63,568 bases of DNA from assembly GCA_013152835.1 (NCBI GenBank), contig JAADFQ010000088.1, positions 1 to 63,568 of the forward strand, written 5' to 3'. Positions 63,384-63,568 of this stretch are shown one piece after another; the first letter of the stretch is position 1, and each line of letters begins with the position of its first letter. The position numbers were made by a program, and so were the translations under genes. This DNA comes from FCB group bacterium (lineage in GTDB: Bacteria > Fidelibacterota > Marinisomatia > Marinisomatales > J089). The notes beneath the pieces are model-generated. The model saw nothing but the letters and a program-made list of their open reading frames with translations, did not search any database and had not been told where the DNA came from.

Positions 63384-63568
63384 ATGATTGTCGAATCCAC
63401 AAGATTACCAAGTGTAAAAAGAATCACTCCTCCAACTATCTTTCATGATTTTCGGGGTGATTATATCGAATTATATAATAATCAATTATATCGCGAAGCA
63501 GGGATCGAGGTTGATTTTGTCCAGGATGATATCTCGGTTTCCATGAAAAATGTGCTACGCGGAATTCA
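63384..63568 (+). CDS. 5' end of an RmlC-like dTDP/NDP-4-dehydro-6-deoxysugar 3,5-epimerase, 3'-truncated by the window edge
   Basis: FHDFRGDYIELYN...VQDDISVSMKNVLRGI matches the cupin-epimerase N-terminus (F.D.RG.F.E... Q.N.S.S...VLRGLH). Confidence 0.7.
   Translation, partial: MIVESTRLPSVKRITPPTIFHDFRGDYIELYNNQLYREAGIEVDFVQDDISVSMKNVLRGI

Noticed and set aside
1-63568. CRISPR arrays, transposases, integrases, prophage genes, toxin-antitoxin pairs, restriction-modification or other defence systems
   Set aside because: I saw no spaced direct repeats, no recombinase, nuclease or helicase signatures, and no long tandem repeats while reading both strands. The window is a motility and glycan locus.

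Overview
The window is dominated by one contiguous flagellar supercluster of about 52 kb (nt ~3470-55830). Every gene in it but one is on the + strand.

Layout, 5' to 3':
- 3' end of a DUF819-like membrane protein gene
- a 726-aa secreted repeat protein
- a small DUF4295-like gene
- two tandem tRNA-Ser genes
- late flagellar genes: flagellin, fliS, fliD, flaG, a chaperone-like ORF, flgM
- an ~11-kb signalling island: HTH, REC-HD-GYP, motAB-1, REC-DHp on the minus strand, 2x HDOD, an 89-aa ORF, FapA/DUF342, REC-GAF-degenerate GGDEF, a pseudo-receiver, and a sigma54 activator
- a Bacillus/spirochaete-style block: flgBC, an unknown ORF, fliEFGHIJ, ylxF-like, fliK, flgD, a TIGR02530-like ORF, flgE, motAB-2, fliLMN(Y)OPQR, flhBAFG, a small membrane ORF, fliA
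- three unknown ORFs, a PAS histidine kinase and a GAF-DHp protein
- flgFGAHI, flgJ (rod-binding domain only), flgNKL, fliW, csrA, and a TPR protein
- a nucleotide-sugar locus: SDR epimerases, NTP-transferase, GHMP kinase, split transketolase, aldo-keto reductase, methyltransferase, RmlC-like epimerase

flgH, flgI and flgA are present, so the organism is diderm. A DUF4295-like gene hints at an FCB-group-like lineage, but I cannot establish taxonomy from this.

I found no CRISPR array, transposase, integrase, prophage or recognisable defence system.

The parts I consider least explained:
1. The signalling island is built largely from catalytically degenerate c-di-GMP and two-component domains.
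2. Two paralogous histidine-kinase DHp modules lack any ATPase domain.
3. A recurrent inverted repeat GGAAAW-N-WTTTCC sits upstream of sigma54-type promoters (TGGCAY-N5-TTGCA).
4. The flagellin leader carries a near-consensus sigma28 promoter and two CsrA-type GGA sites.
5. Several unannotatable ORFs are translationally coupled inside otherwise canonical flagellar operons.

All functional calls come from reading the translated ORFs and motifs by eye. No database search was run.
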